This document shows, in pieces, positions 23,898-38,300 of a stretch of 64,000 bases of DNA (its first letter is position 1; the number at the start of each line of letters is the position of its first letter). The notes beneath the pieces are model-generated. The model made no database searches and was not told where the DNA came from. It saw only the letters and a program-made list of their open reading frames with translations. The position numbers were made by a program, and so were the translations under genes. The DNA is from Pocillopora damicornis (taxonomy: Eukaryota). Location of the stretch: positions 682,001 through 746,000 of the forward strand of contig NW_020847569.1 in NCBI RefSeq assembly GCF_003704095.1. Reading direction: 5' to 3'.

Positions 23898-26800
23898 CTA
23901 GATAGCGATGCTGTTTGGTATTTTCTCCGGAAGCAAATAAGTATAAGGAAACTTTAACTTCTCATTCCTTTTCTTTATTGACGCCGAAATTCTCTGAAGT
24001 TTTCCTTGGAAGCGCAAGATGGCCTCTCTGGCAGCCATGTCAGTGAAGGAGCTATCAGGGTAATCACCAAGGAAACGCTTGGAGGTAAGAAAAGAATATC
24101 TACAATCAGCGTCAAAATTGGTTGACACATCATGTTTGAATGTTTGAAGGGAAATACCAGGATTTGTTAAAGAATATCAAGGTTATAACTTACCTCATCG
24201 GGAGAAATTCGAGTCAGATCGTTCACCGTCGCTATAGCAACTCCTGCCTGGTGCTTGGTGGGAAGAGTCTTCATTATGTCTTTCATGGTCACTGTGCCCT
24301 TTTCCTTTGGAGGCGGCTGTCTCATGAGGCCTGGCGAATTTGGCGGGAAACCGAGCACGTCCATCTGCGAGAAGTTTACAGCTGCATGTTGACAAGAGCA
24401 AGTAAAGATAACAATAGTTAGTATGTGAGCCAGCTGCTCAGCGCTTGCAATAGACGATGGGAAGCCATGGTCCGTCTCTCCTTCGCGGACAGTGTAGCCA
24501 TTGTCATGAATGTCGAGGATCCACGCCTGGAGTTCTGTATCCTGGCAGAGAGAAAAGTCACCGTTGAGTAATGATAAATTCTTGAATATGCATTTCGCGA
24601 TTTCCTGGTTTTCCAGATAAAACACTTCTCACCTTTTGAATAACCTCATCTAATGGGTAATAGATGGATACAATCCTTGTGACGAAATTCTTGATGGCCT
24701 GCCATAGTCGCAAGGCATCATCACGATAGTGGAACCCAGGTAGTTTGTCTGGATCGTCCACTCCTCTCTCCTTTAAGACATTTGGCAGGTCATACGACGA
24801 CCACTTCATGTTCTTGTAGTACTTTTTCATGAGATCAATATGACCTACAATGGACATTAAACTGAGCGTTATGAAAACGAAGTAACCTTTTGGTATCCTC
24901 TGAAATCATCACAAACTTTTTCGTACAAGTTGCTGCATGAACGGATGAAGAGATCTGGTTTACAAATATACATTGCCGAATAAAAATCTTCCAATGATAA
25001 CGAAACAAAAAACAATGTTAAAAGCTTTAAATATTGGACAGCTCATCCGAAATGTAACATGAATGGTAAAGTAAAGGACTCTTAAAAGCCGTCTTAACAA
25101 AGGTTTCGTCAAAAAGGTGTGCGATACGTTGAATTTTTGGGGCGTAAATATTCATTCAGGAAGTTAGGAGTTCTGGCAATATCCACAGACGGAGCTCCCT
25201 TACCTCCACCTCCTATACTAAGAGTTTGATCCACTACACCTCCAGCTGCAATGAGCCTAGCTCTCCCAAGGGTATTGATGGCCATAACTCCCTTCAAATG
25301 AGGGACCAATAGTTTCCACAGTGGGTGAAGAGAGGGAAGTTGTCTCCAGCTGGCGAGAGCGAGTGGCTCCATGAAGAAATGAGTGCGAAGAAGATGCGCA
25401 ATCGTCTAAAGAGAACGTAAAGGAAGGGGTGTTGGGCAAAATCAATTGGCAGGGGAAGGGAGGGGATAGTAACAGAAATCCTTACCATCTTTAGTGTTAA
25501 AAATCGTAAGTATGGTATTTACAATCATCATCATCATCCTAACAGATCGCTGGAATAGTTTATATCTGTGCATTAAGAGACGCAACGCTAACCAAATAGA
25601 ATCTATGCGGAGAGGTAATGTATCCACCTATTCTGGATTTCTATAGTTGAGATCCTTAACTTGAAAACTTACTTGATGCCACTGCATGTCAGCATTACGC
25701 AGCCACATCTTGGCGTAGGTCCAGTCCAATTCAGAGTCATTAGGGGTCCATAATGGGTTGGTCACGTCAGGTCCCTGGTGAAGCTGAATTGCGATGGGAA
25801 CCATATCTCCAGTGCCCTTGACATAGAACAAACCCATCGCCGCACACGTATAGCGCGTCTCTAAGTTTTCATCTAAGAATCCATAAGATAGGATGCCATC
25901 AAGAATGCTGAAGTCGACCATATAAACACGCCCGTCCTTATTGAAAATAATTTAAAAATGAATAATTAGGAAGAAAACAACAGAGCTTTGCACGAGCTAT
26001 GAACATGAAAAGGTTATATTCGATCAAATAGCCTGTAATAATAATAACAATAATAATTGACCACTCCCCAAATGGGACTTTCAGGGCCAATACAAAAAAA
26101 TTGTAAATAAACACAGGGTTAAAAAATTCCAACTGGCGGGAGACAGACCAGTTGGCTATAGACAAGGCGTAGCCACGAAGTTGAGCTCAGGCAACCTAAA
26201 ACAAATCCGGTGGGTAACAGGGTGAAGGGCATCAAACCGGGACCACCAGGTTACTAGCCCAGCGCCCCAACCACTCGGCCACATTGCTTCTTTAGTAAAT
26301 CAGTCATACGCATGTGTGATTATTCGATCGTTCGATCGTGCATTTGGTCTATCGGTCGTTATTTTTTCTCGTCGTCCCTAAGTTTCGTCGTCAGTCTTCT
26401 GGTCACACAGTCACTTCGTGAGTCTGTCGGTTCGATCATCCATGGACGCAAATGAACAGTTCCGAACAGTTTCATGTGTAGGTATATTTACCTTCATTGC
26501 TTTCTCCAGATTGTCATCAACATCAAGAAGGTTTCCAACCAATTGCTGTGTCACGGGAAAGTTGTAAGGTAGTTCCGTACATCGCTTGATCGTTTCAGGG
26601 TTACAGCCATTCAGGAACTGTGCCCCGTAGAAGCAGTCATCCTGCCAGTGGTCGGCAGCCATTGGAACATCACCAACGAAAGAAACAAACGCCTGCAACA
26701 AAATGGACTGCTGTAGATTTCCTTGTTAAGGTAGCACAACTCACTTATTTTCCCATCAAATGCACAACCTTCATGCATAAACGTTTTCACCTAAAATGTT

Positions 26801-29800
26801 TGTTGAAGACGCTGTGCAAAGAAAGTCCTGCAGCTTGTTGAGAGATTTCTTTTGTATTATCAAGCCTTTCTATGAAAACATATGAAACGCACATGGAACA
26901 TGCTTTGACAACCCAAACACACACTTGACAAAATTTCAAAAGTTCCCTCATAGGACCTAACGGATAAAGTAAGATTAAACAAATGCATACCTTACGGTAA
27001 TCATCGAAGTCTTCCCAAGAATCGAAGATATTCAATAACTTTATTAAACCAAGATTTACTAGTGCTTTATTTCTGGCGGTATGAAGGTCATCCACAGCTT
27101 CCTCTGTAAATTGGACATCTTTGGGGAGCTTTTTCCAGTGCTCAGACTTGACGTATCCTGGTAAACCGTGGTTCAAAGGATCTTCTCCCCATTGAAACAG
27201 TTCTTGCCTCTGTTGAATTTCGAGTCGCCTTTGGCTTCGTATCACTTCGTGCTGCTCATCTGTGACTAGAAGGGCTGGAGGAAAGTCAGAAGGCATTCTT
27301 TTAATCTGTCCTCGACCTTGCTTCACTTTCAACTCTCTATCATCGATAGAGGCATGAAACATTGACTAAGGAACCTGTCATTATTCATCGCCTGGGGGGA
27401 AGGGGGGGTTGTGTTACGATCAAAATTTACTTCACGCCCCCTCCCACCATAGGATTCTGTAACACTGTTATGATCCCCCTCTATAGGAGTTAATCGGGAA
27501 TCAATTTTCCATTGCCCCCCTATTGGCGCTGTTGGCAAAGACTAATGCTCCCTCCATCCCCCCTGAAAACCATGTGGTCCTCCAAAAATCCCCCGACCCC
27601 CTCCAGGCGATAAATAAAAATGCTCCCTAAAGAGGGTGCATTTTATTTATCAGTACTGTGGAGATTTATGTCATCATTAACTTCGTACCTTTTCCTGTAA
27701 AGAAGATGGATTCACTCTGCACCCATCGAAAGCAAGGAAATTCATAAAGCTTTTGAGGATTTTGGCTGCAGGTGATCATGATTTTCTCCACGAACCAGTC
27801 ACTATACAAACCACCCTGATCATTGTGTAACTTAATCATCAACAAATCTCCGACATCTTCAGCTGCCAAGATATACGTATCGTCTTGTCCAGCCTTAAAG
27901 TCGTCATGGAGCCATTTGTCCATCAAAAGAGGTCTTGTTCTACCTCTACTGCCTAAATACGATTTCAAAAGAGTCACTCTGAGTCAAATACAATGGAGTC
28001 CATCATTTCTCTCCATAACTGAAAAGATAACTGATTTGTCTGAGTGCAGATCTAAATGGGAATAAGTACCTTCTGATGGCTTTGGTGATCTATCCAAGTG
28101 TACCTTTTAACAGCACTGACAAGTCATAAAAAGTATGGGTCTAGGATCTTCTTAAACAAGACCGTCATCATTGCATGCCTATGACGTGACGAGTTCAGTC
28201 AGCGGCTGTGAAGTAGGGAACAAACCCACGAAAGAGTAGACTAAATAAAGAATCTCGATTGATTTTAATGCCACTCAACCCGAGCTTTCTCTTCTCTGGG
28301 CCGGGTTTTTCAAAGCTGGATTAAGATACTCCAGGGTTAGTGCGAAATCTGATTTCAGAACTGATAGCTTTAAAACAAGATTCAGTCGGATTCTTTTTGT
28401 CTAGAATACGACTATTTGATGCTCTAAAAAGAACACAAGAAATTATCCTAAGAATGCTTTTGAATAAAGGAATGAAAAACTCAGATTACGGTTTAATCTT
28501 GGGTTAGCGCTAATCAGCCTTCGAACAACTGGGCCCTGGATTCTAAAATGGAAGATGGTAAACACTCTCGAATTTTTCGGTATTAAGAATTATCGTCGTA
28601 GCGTCTCATCGAGGGTGCATGTCGTCCCATATATTCAGTTTGCATACAATTATCCGCTGATCAACGATCTATCTGCTGGACTAGATATGCTCGTATCTTG
28701 GAAATAAAGAAGTCATACCTGTGATTGTAAGGGTTACATCGGCGTTGGTACCAGCATGTTTTCGGTCTCCCGTGAACACAGAAATGCAGTAGATGGACAT
28801 ATCTCCCTCTGATTTAGAAGTCTTCCTTAAAGAAAAGCTCTGCTTTTTAGGTCGTGATTGAAGTTTCGACTTTAAATACGCCATGGAATTATAGTCGTAG
28901 ATGGTCTTGGCAGAAGGGAGTGACAAAGACCCACACGGTATATTTTCTAATGAACAACGGGTTCCCTTTGTTACATCCTCTGGTAAAAGTGACGTCAACC
29001 TGACTTCGGCGAGGTCTAGCCAAGGGTGAGTTGCTTGGTCCCAGACTCGAGCCGCGTGAAGCACAAGATGTGAGTCGTCGGGTTGTTTTTCATGTAGTTG
29101 TATTTGAAGTTTGTATTGAACGCCACCTTCTGACATACGCTCTTCAAAATCAGCAGTTAAATAGGACTTAGGTCTCCTATCACCCTCCCATCGAAATGTT
29201 TCCCTACAGAAAAACAAGAAAAATTAACTAACAATTCCTATAGCTGGTTTCATGGTAGATTTGGGAGATCAGCCAGACAAGCTAACTAGCACCTCTAGTA
29301 TCAGTTTCTGCGACCACATTGACCACTACTATCATAATGGTAAAAAAGCAAAGCAAAACAAAACAAACAAACGAGCCGTGGGGAGCAGGGACACAAGAAA
29401 AATCATTGCGATGGCAGTAATTTGCCGGTTTAGTAGTCATAAAATTGTTTTTGACGTACACTTTTTTTTTTTAAGAAATTGACATACCTAGCTGCGTTGT
29501 TATTGTGCAGGAGTCTGGCTCAGAGGTTGCGGATTTACGCCTTTCCTGGGTCATTGTGCTGAGATCTCGGGAAAGACAACGTAGTCTTACGGTCCTTATG
29601 CTTCCCAAAAATTCAAATTGGTTCATACCGGTGCACTTACTGCTAGAGAAAACTAAAGAAATCCTGAGCATACGCTCACCGAAAGTTCGCTTAGCATTTC
29701 TTCAACAATGTTCATAATTTTCCTCTCGCAGTACACCTAATCGCTTAAAGTGAAAATTGGATAAACTACTAGTGTACATGTTACTTGACCCTTTTATGAT

Positions 29801-31554
29801 TTTTTCTCAGGGCTGAATTAACTAAAAATAATTCCTCTTTGGGAATTCCCGAGAATGAACAACAGGTCCTACCAAGGTTTTCTTTGCTCTTCTTCTGTCA
29901 TAAGTCCAGTTTCTTCTCTATCATCAGCAGGGACGAGGCGAAATTTGGCGTAGCGAGGCACACCGTCTCTCGCTTTGTATTCAAACGCCATCCACGAGTA
30001 ATACCTCTGGTCAGTAAATGATTCCGGAGCTCGACGAAATGCAGCAATGGTTAAGTAAAAGCTGTGTTTGTAAAAGCAGATAAGAAACGGAAATTCATGA
30101 ATTGCGGTACTTTTAGCTTGTGGCTAAGACCATTTCTGTTTAATTACTTGGCGGCAGATGCAAGAAAAAAACAGCCTGTTTCGGGCACTCAGTTTTGATT
30201 ACAAACAAAAAAGCGGATGGCTCTCCATTTTTGTTTTTGGATCTTCTTGAAAAAGGTAGTAAGGCTACTCAATAACAGGGAATCCAGTCTTGTGGCCGCA
30301 TATGTTTAATGGAAAGATCTCAGGACAGATCGGAAGTTGGAACTTATCGAAAGACTTCTCCCGAGCGTCTTGTGAATAAATTGAAAATGAAATATCGTAT
30401 CTCATTTCTTTCACTTAAATGTGAGTTGGCTCGAAATCGAATAAAATTTGATAACAGGTCAATTACACTTCCCTTTCTCCAGGCATTTATCTTTTATGTA
30501 AAGTTTTCTTTATTTTGTTACGATATGTGAACAGATAATGTTGCTACTTACTGCCAAGGGTCCTCCAAACAATATGTCTCAAATGCTTCTGTCTCACCAT
30601 GCAACGCACTAAGCATCTTGTCTAAGCTATAGAGGCTCCAATACGCAGCCTCCTCACCAGTATGTAACAACAGATCAAAAGGTGATTCGAAGTCACTATC
30701 GGCAAACTTCAGAGCCGCTAGTCTCACGTCTAATTCGGCATCGTCTACCTTGATAAGATTACAGTGGAGGAGGCGGGCTGGAAACACCCTTTCTGCAGAG
30801 AAAAAGTCGTGCGCAGGGAGGAGAGGGTTGTTGAGGACTGTTACAACTCCAGTGGCTCCTACACCTCTTGTTTGTTGTGTCAAGAGTGTCTTGAGAAGGA
30901 ACCCGGCTTGATACTTTTTAACATAAAGTGCCAACTGCGACGCACTGAATGGCCCAGCTTCTGGTGGAGGCTGTAAAGGGAAGCAAGTACAGAACTAGTC
31001 TCTAACCTTTATCTAAAACAAAATTCGTTCACTATGGAGATTAAATGAAAACTTTAACATTATCCTGGAGAATTGCTAGACACTCCTGATTATATCCCTT
31101 CACAAAAACCATTCCTAATGTTTAAATCGATGACGATTACAAATAATAGCGGTAACTCTATCGTCGATGTTAACGAGTATGATATGGATCAAGGACAATT
31201 ACCAAACAAATATAATGATAGCAATGATGAAAATGTTTCATCTCTGAGGTGAGATCGGACATTAAAGGCATAAAGAACTTGATTACCTCGTCTGCCTCTA
31301 CCATCATTTTTTCAAATAATTCCTGTCCCATCATTTCCTTGATTATCTTGAATCCCATGTTCTTCCCTATTTTCATTGTAAAAAAGCACAAATTAGTCAA
31401 AGAAAACATAAATCATGCATAATTTAAACTCAGACAGGAGATGAACAGTTCTTGTTTACTTACAGCCTTCTGGCTCCTGATTTGTTTCAACTGTTGGTCT
31501 CTTGATGGTTTGATTCACTCTTTTCTTTTTTCTCTTTGATGGAATAATGCCCAT
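23898..31554 (-). CDS. AOS-LOX-type fusion, copy A: catalase-like domain lacking heme His/Tyr + PLAT + LOX
   Basis: Exon 1 (31554-31464) MGIIPSKRKKKR... splices to WKNMGFK..., then PPPEAGPF...[30 protein letters not shown] and YKLQIQLHE (cAOS-like). PLAT motif FTGDRKHAGTNA. LOX motifs [27 protein letters not shown] and PEKIPNSIAI*. The exon phases checked are compatible. Confidence 0.92.
26110..26288 (-). mobile_element. tRNA-derived SINE-like element
   Basis: The minus strand begins gcaatgTGGCCGAGTGGttggggcgctgg...cccGGTTTGATGCCc (Pol III A and B boxes), followed by a non-tRNA body. Confidence 0.55.
28297..28539. mobile_element. MITE-like element with short imperfect terminal inverted repeats
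   Basis: ctgggccgggtttttcaaagctggattaag ... taatcagccttcgaacaactgggccc. Elements with similar termini at ~8480-8600 and ~15887-16027. Confidence 0.5.
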
Positions 31555-32431
31555 GTTTCTAAACAAGTGTTTTTTTTCTGGTAAGTGATAGAATAAAGAG
31601 TCAATGCCGAGCATAAGAGGAGTGTTTATGCATGTGGTGATCCTAGTCGACCAGCCCTATTCTTAGTTACGTTTGACCCCGTAAGCTCTTGCTCCCCATT
31701 TGAGACAGCTTTCGAGACTGAGTATTTTGACCACAAACGCAGTACAATGACCCGGCCAGAGACACCAAGCCCGGAAATTTCGATCCGGAGTCCCACCTTT
31801 CCCGATGTTTTAGGTTAATTGGTAGGCATTCGGTGAAGGTTTTGGTCGCCTTTGCAGCTTTTGATGCTAATATTTCCGGGACGAAACGTCCATTGTTCTC
31901 ACGAAGTGTTTTAAAGAGCGCATCCAACATTGGAAATGTAAACGTGATAACATAGCCTGCGCGGCAGAGAGGGTAAGTCTGTCAGCCGCGCGCTCCTTGC
32001 CCCTTACCCCACCCCTCCCCCCTCATCCCTTATCATCTCCCCGAGCGTGTCACGCAGACGAAGAATAATGCATTTGTGAAGCTAATCGTCTTCATCATTT
32101 ATATTTGTCCAAGATTATCATACCGATGGTTTATTTTGGATATTGAAAGTCACTCGGGATTTTAGAGGTAACTTAACGCATTCAAATATCATTAAAGTGT
32201 ACTTTTATCCCATCTTTTTCTTCTAATCAAGCTGAAGAACGTTTCTTTCATAAGAGACATCGCTTTCCTTACATTCAAAGTAAATTTCAACTCAGTAACT
32301 AGCGATGTAGGAGCGCATATTAATGACTCCTTCTACAAGCCACCCGAAGTCATTAATATGCTTGCATATTCACGAGAGGACTTGTATTTTGAACACTATT
32401 AAGAACTAAAGGTTAGCTGTAATAATAAAAA

Positions 32432-32525
32432 AGGGCTAACGCTCAACACGTCAGCTTTGAAACTCTTTGCGGTGCCCAATTTACGTAATCAACTGTGTTG
32501 ACAATGCTAGTATTACCCTAGTATA

Positions 32526-32556
<31 letters not shown>

Positions 32557-32572
32557 CAGAAACTTACTCCCT
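32432..32572 (+). mobile_element. Degenerate copy of the 63628 repeat family
   Basis: Shares aagggctaacgctc...gtcagcttt...ctctcccaccgacgcagcaccacagtttct; ribozyme core truncated and mutated. Confidence 0.75.
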
Positions 32573-33078
32573 TGATTCATTTGTAATAATCAAGACATGC
32601 TCTAAAATCTTCATCGACGGAAACGTTAAAAAAATAATGAAACGTGACAATTGTCACACAACTCTTTCAAAAATCAATCCGTTTCCATGATATTGGACTC
32701 CCACTGAAACTAAATTTTCATCGTTTCGTATAAATATAGCACTTAGCCCGCTGGCAGATTGAAATAGAACAAAGCTAGTGAAGTAAAAAAACCATTTAAC
32801 GAGCAGATACAGCTTTCGGTCAAACAACGCGAAATAACACAATTATGAAGCATCGGAATGGTGTGCTCATTACCAGTTCGCACAATGATTGTGGAGTTTG
32901 CATTTCATCATTGGTCCTGGTGAAAGGCCGGTCAGAAACATTGCACAAAACATGTCTGTAGCAAATACACTACTTGATACCATATACTCACCTGCTATGA
33001 ACCTGTGAACGATATCTTGCAAATTCCCTCAATATTCATTTCCCATATCGATCACTGCGTCACTTGTTGCTCTTGCCC

Positions 33079-33205
33079 TGACGTCAAGTGACAAAGAACT
33101 CAGCTGTTGCCTAGAAACAAAGACCTAAAGCTGTTTATAATGCCCTAAGGGAACTTAACACCTCTGCATGTTACTTTGAGATCACTGAACCTTTGCTAAT
33201 TGTAC
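33079..33205 (-). promoter_or_regulatory. Putative promoter block of copy A (CRE + RFX X-box), conserved upstream of copy B
   Basis: TGACGTCA at 33079-33086 and GTTGCCTAGAAAC at 33106-33118. The block aligns by eye to ~43540-43685. A candidate 5'UTR splice donor lies at ~32990. Confidence 0.55.
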
Positions 33206-34651
33206 CGTGGAAAGCGTTCGTGTCTAAACATTTTAAAAATATAAAGGGACGTATTTTTAAGGGCTTAACTCATCCATAAATCTCTAATCTCTCTTTATTC
33301 AATAATAATGATGAAATTTAAAAGCTTTTTCTTTCATGTTACGTTTCATGTTTCCCCGACAGCGCTTGGCCAGTGGTTGCGAAAACAAATGTCTGTCTGA
33401 GCTAAGCTAAGTAGCACCAATACAATGTATAATCCGACACCAGTTTCGAGTACTGTATTATAAGGCACTTGGCTTTGTAACCGTAAAAAAATCCACGATC
33501 AAAACAGCAGCTTAAAATTGTGACAACTTACTTCGCGCTTCTTGTCATTGACGTGATCTTACGATTATTTTTGTATTTCTAGCTTAGGCCCACGAATTGA
33601 CGTTTAGACATCGAAGATGTGACGATATCTTCATGTCATAAATTTCAAATGCGCTGTATCACGCAATGAAGGCCGAGAGACGTATGGCTTACGTCACTAT
33701 TTGTACACTGTAAGCGGAGACGGCAAAGTTTTGTCGATGGCGATCATCAAAGTCCACTATACACAAAACGATCACACGATTTATTTCCACATTTCTTTCA
33801 AAATATCAAGGGCTGCAGCCAGGATGGATCATAATAAAATCTAAAACTTTTCCAAGCTGAATATTTATTCAAGAAACACGCTTTGGAGGTCTTTGGTTTT
33901 GCAAAACAAAAGCGAAAAACCTCTCTAACAGCCGTTGAGGTTTACAAGATATTAACCCAAAGCCAATGACAGAATCTTCAATTGCTTCCTTTGTAAACGT
34001 ATATGCCGTTGCACTCACTCATGAGCTATCGAGTTAAACACTCGAGAAGAAATTCCATATCTAGGCACGCTCATATATCATTCTCTATTTCTCGCGGCTG
34101 AAAGGGAAAATCGGCAGCTGGAAAATTTGCCACAGGCCGATTTTGGTCGTTTACCCGAAAGATTTCTTCTGCCGGTAAGGACAAAGTCAATAAATGAGAA
34201 TTTTGTAACTTGAAAATTACGACCATTGATGTTTTGTAATCCCGATTCATTTTTCCATCTTGAGACTTTGCGCCAACGCTTTGTATGATTGTCGATTCTT
34301 TTTTTTTCATTTATTAAATCGGCTTTTCTTGTCACCACAGGGCTATTGTGTTTATATGATACGCAAAATAATGCATGGCTGCTTGTAGGTATAGAATTTC
34401 TCTTCTCGTGTTAAACCCGACATTTCACTAATTCGCTGCGCTCACTCGTGAGCTATCGACTTAACATCGAAGAGAAATCCCATATCTACGCCTGCTCATG
34501 TATTATTTTCTATTTATTGTTACTCTTTTTAGTGTTTTGTTTCTTTTTATTACGCAAAATTATGTTCTTATAAACTAATTCAGTTCTCTAAATTTATCAT
34601 CAGAGCCAAACTAGTAGACGAACTTCCGTCTTAGAATTGATGACTTAACAA

Positions 34652-34862
34652 TTAACCCTTTAACTCCCAGATCAAATTTGTTATTCTCCTTACTGTCAAC
34701 CATACAATTCGTATAATGTTAGTTCAGAGAATTTAGTATTTGATCAACTAATTATCCCTAAATTGATCTTCTTCTTCATTCTCACCACTTATCTGGTTGA
34801 TGTTGTATAGACATTGCAAGGAAAAATTCTGTCTTGGTCACTCATGGGAGTTAACGGGTTAA
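34652..34862. mobile_element. ~210-bp MITE with TTAA-CCCTT termini (piggyBac-like, non-autonomous)
   Basis: ttaaccctttaactccc ... gggagttaacgggttaa terminal inverted repeats. Related copies at ~2520-2648, 5340-5545, 6953-7130, 7175-7386, 10310-10665, 20448-20700 and 61717-61928. Confidence 0.75.
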
Positions 34863-35365
34863 CCCTTACTGCCTCTGGCCACTGGGAGAGAAACTCAGCT
34901 ACACAGGCAGCATCGAAGTGCACCAGTCATAATTGTTGAGAACCAACTATACACGATTTGCAGTCGAAACGTCGAAGCGCGATCCTCATCATTGGAAAAA
35001 CGATATAGAAAACTCATTACTTCATCGAGTCTCTTATTCTAAATTTATTTGTCTACATTTCTCGGATTAAATCATCAAGTTGATGCGACTTGGATCATCG
35101 TCGGATGTTTATTGGTTAATCATTTATCCTTGAAAGAGAACATCAACCTTATATACTGAGAGAGTACAAGTACATGGTCCAAATGGCACATACGAAAAAC
35201 TTGACTCGGGATTCATATCATCGGAGAAATAGCATTCTGGAGTCGTTCATTCGATGCGCAGTTCAATGATATCCAGGGTACTTCTGAGAAGTATTTCCTG
35301 TCTATTTCACACTGGAACCCATATCTGGGTGTTAATGATATGTGAGTATCTTGGCGGAACCATGC

Positions 35366-38300
35366 CTAAATAGCTATACTGTTTGGTATTCTTTCCGGAA
35401 GTAAATGAATGTAAGGAAACTTCAAAGTATCATTCCTTTTCTTTATGGACCTTGAAATACGATTAAGTTTTCCTTGGAAGAGCAAAATGGCCTCTCTGGC
35501 AGCCATGTCAGTAAAGGAGCCATCAGAGTAATCACCAAGGAAACGCTTCATAGGAAAAAGAGAGAGATAAATGCACTTGTTAATACGATAACCTATACGC
35601 AAAAATATAACTCAGTAAGATAAATACGTGAAGTGTGTATCTATTATCTGAACTCTGGCTTGAGGGGAAAACTGAAAACTATAGGGATGGCTATTTCGAC
35701 AAAATCTAACTTAGGCCGCAGTTTTAAAAAATCGATGGACCTCGAGATTTACTTTTGAGTGGGCTGTCTGAAGTGAATAAATATTTCCAGTCCATCTATA
35801 AAACTGTTCCCATCATAAGTTCAGATTAAAAAATATGGCCTAAAACACAGGTTTACTAAACAACAACTCAAGTCAATTTAAATGACCGCATATAATTCAG
35901 CTTTAACTGTAACAGTGATTGGCATGACAACTTGAAAAAAGAAATTTATATTTTTTATTGTGTGATAACTACACAACAGGAAAAGTAATAGAAAAGTATA
36001 GTTTTGGGACAAAAGTTAAGATATTTCTTACCTCATCAGGAAATATGCGTGTTAGATCGTAGACGGTCGCTATAGCAACTCCTACATGGTGCTGGTTGGG
36101 CAGGCTTTTCATAACGTCTTCCATGGTCAGTTTGCCCTTCTCTGTTGGAGGAGGCTGTCGCATGAGAGTAGGTGCATTGGGAGAGAAGCCATACACGTCC
36201 ATCATAGAAAAGTTGACGGCTGCGTGTTGACAAGAGTAGGTAAATATGACAATAGTAAGTAGGTTGGCCAGCTGCTCAGAGCTTGCAACGCACGATGGGA
36301 AGCCATGGTCCGCCTCACCCTCCCGGACAGTGTAGCCATTGTTGTGAATGTCTTCGATCCACGCTTGGAGTTCTGTGTCCTGTTGGGAAAAAAGGCAGCA
36401 TGGAGTGAGAGTGTATTTTAGAAAAGGTTTCCAGCTCTTTCTTACTTTCTGAGATAAAACACTTCTCACCCTTTTGATATCCTCATCTGATTTGTAATAA
36501 ATCGATAGCATCCTTTTGATGAAGTCATTTATGGCCTGCCATAGTCGCAAAGCATCGTCGCGATAGTGGAATCCCGGAAGTTTGTCTGGATCGTCCACTC
36601 CTCTCTCCTTTAGGACATTTGGTAAGTCATACGATGACCAATTTATGTCCTTGTAGTGCTTTTTCATGAGATCAATGTGACCTAAAATGGGAAAAATGAG
36701 CAGATTATTATAAAACACGATAAACAAATACTGGCAATATTCACGTTGTAACCCAGGAATGTTGGAGCAATAATGGATTTGAAATGCATGCTTACCATTT
36801 CATATGTTGGAGAATATTGTAAAAAAAAGACCATGAATAGAAATGTAATCTCAACTGACAACCAGAAAAGCTGATTTGATATATAAGGTTAAAAAATTGC
36901 TCATACAATGAATGTTCAGCCTTTCGTATAGGTGATGTGGTAGCACTTGAAATTATGATTTTAATTTCATTCATATGATATGCGTGAAATTTGAAAGATG
37001 ATATGAAAGGTGTAAAATAGGGGGGAACAAATTATGCAGGAGACCCAGACAGAAAAGGGACACCAAAATGATGGCCGGGTGACATTCACAGAAGCATTTT
37101 ACCTCCGCCTCCCACACTAAGTGTGTGATCAGCCACGCCCCCCGCAGGAAGCAGTAATTCCCTTGCAACGGTGTTGATGGCCAAAACTCCCTTTATGTGA
37201 GGTATCAGTAGTTTCCATAAAGGGTGGACGGAGGGAAGCTGTCTCCAGGTTGCAACAGCGATCGGTTCCATGAACAGATGAGTTCGAAGAAGGTGAGTGA
37301 TCATCTGCAAAAGAAAAATGTTTACAAATTTTAGGAAGGTTACTAAGTTTTTTGTTGCAAAATTTTGTGTAGTCGCCTAAAACGTATGTTTAAACAAGCA
37401 CTTATAAGTAAGGTAAATCTTGTACAGTGAACTGAGTTGAGATTCATATCTTCAAGTACATGTGACTCAATTTTCTTGTTTTACTTTGCAGTGTTACTTT
37501 CCATAGTGTTATTATCTTTTTCAGTAAAACTTTTGAATATGCAAATGATACATAAGAAACTACTTTTGAAGTGAGAATAAAGAAAAAAAATACATATTTG
37601 CGACTCCGAACTGTTATGGCTCTGGAAAATGACAACCTGCGCGGCGATATGCCTCGTTAAATTGTGAACCTGTGAAGTTTTCTCTGTTATGTCACTATTA
37701 TTTGCTCAGGCTCTATTGCTGTGTTTATTTTTTCTTCTTTGTTCTTCGTCACTCGCGAACGTGACAGGATCATACACGTAGGGTGGGTAGAAATGTTTTG
37801 TAATCTTTCACCTGGTTGCAAATGTCGTTTTAGATCCGGAAATACTCACCTGATGCCACTGAACGTCTGCAGTGCGCAACCACATCTTAGCGAAGGTCCA
37901 GTCCAACTCAGAATCATTTGGGGTCCATATTGGGTTGGTCTCATTCGTTTCTTGGTGGAACTGAATTGCTATGGGTGCTATGTCTCCAGTGCCCTTGACA
38001 TAGAACAACCCAAACGGCGCAGATATGTAGCGCTTCTCTAAGTTCTCGTCATTCCAGCCGTAAAGCTTGATGTCCTCAAGGATCTTGAAATCAACCATGT
38101 AAAGACGACCTTCCTGAAATGTATGATAAAATTGAAAAAGAAATACTCACGCACAAAACGTCAGTCTTGAATTGGGAACACAAACTGAAGTTTGTTTTAA
38201 CGAGAGTCACTCGGCTTTTTGGGTCAATAACCCGTCGGTATATTCTTCCGAACGTCCGTCTATTCGTGCTTACATCTTCCGTTCGTCCCTCCTTTCCTCG

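Noticed and set aside
34010-34510. ORFs 34071-34338 within direct and inverted repeats
   Set aside because: They lie inside a repeat-bounded, MITE-like segment (cactcac.c.tgagctatcga repeats) and show no coding signature.
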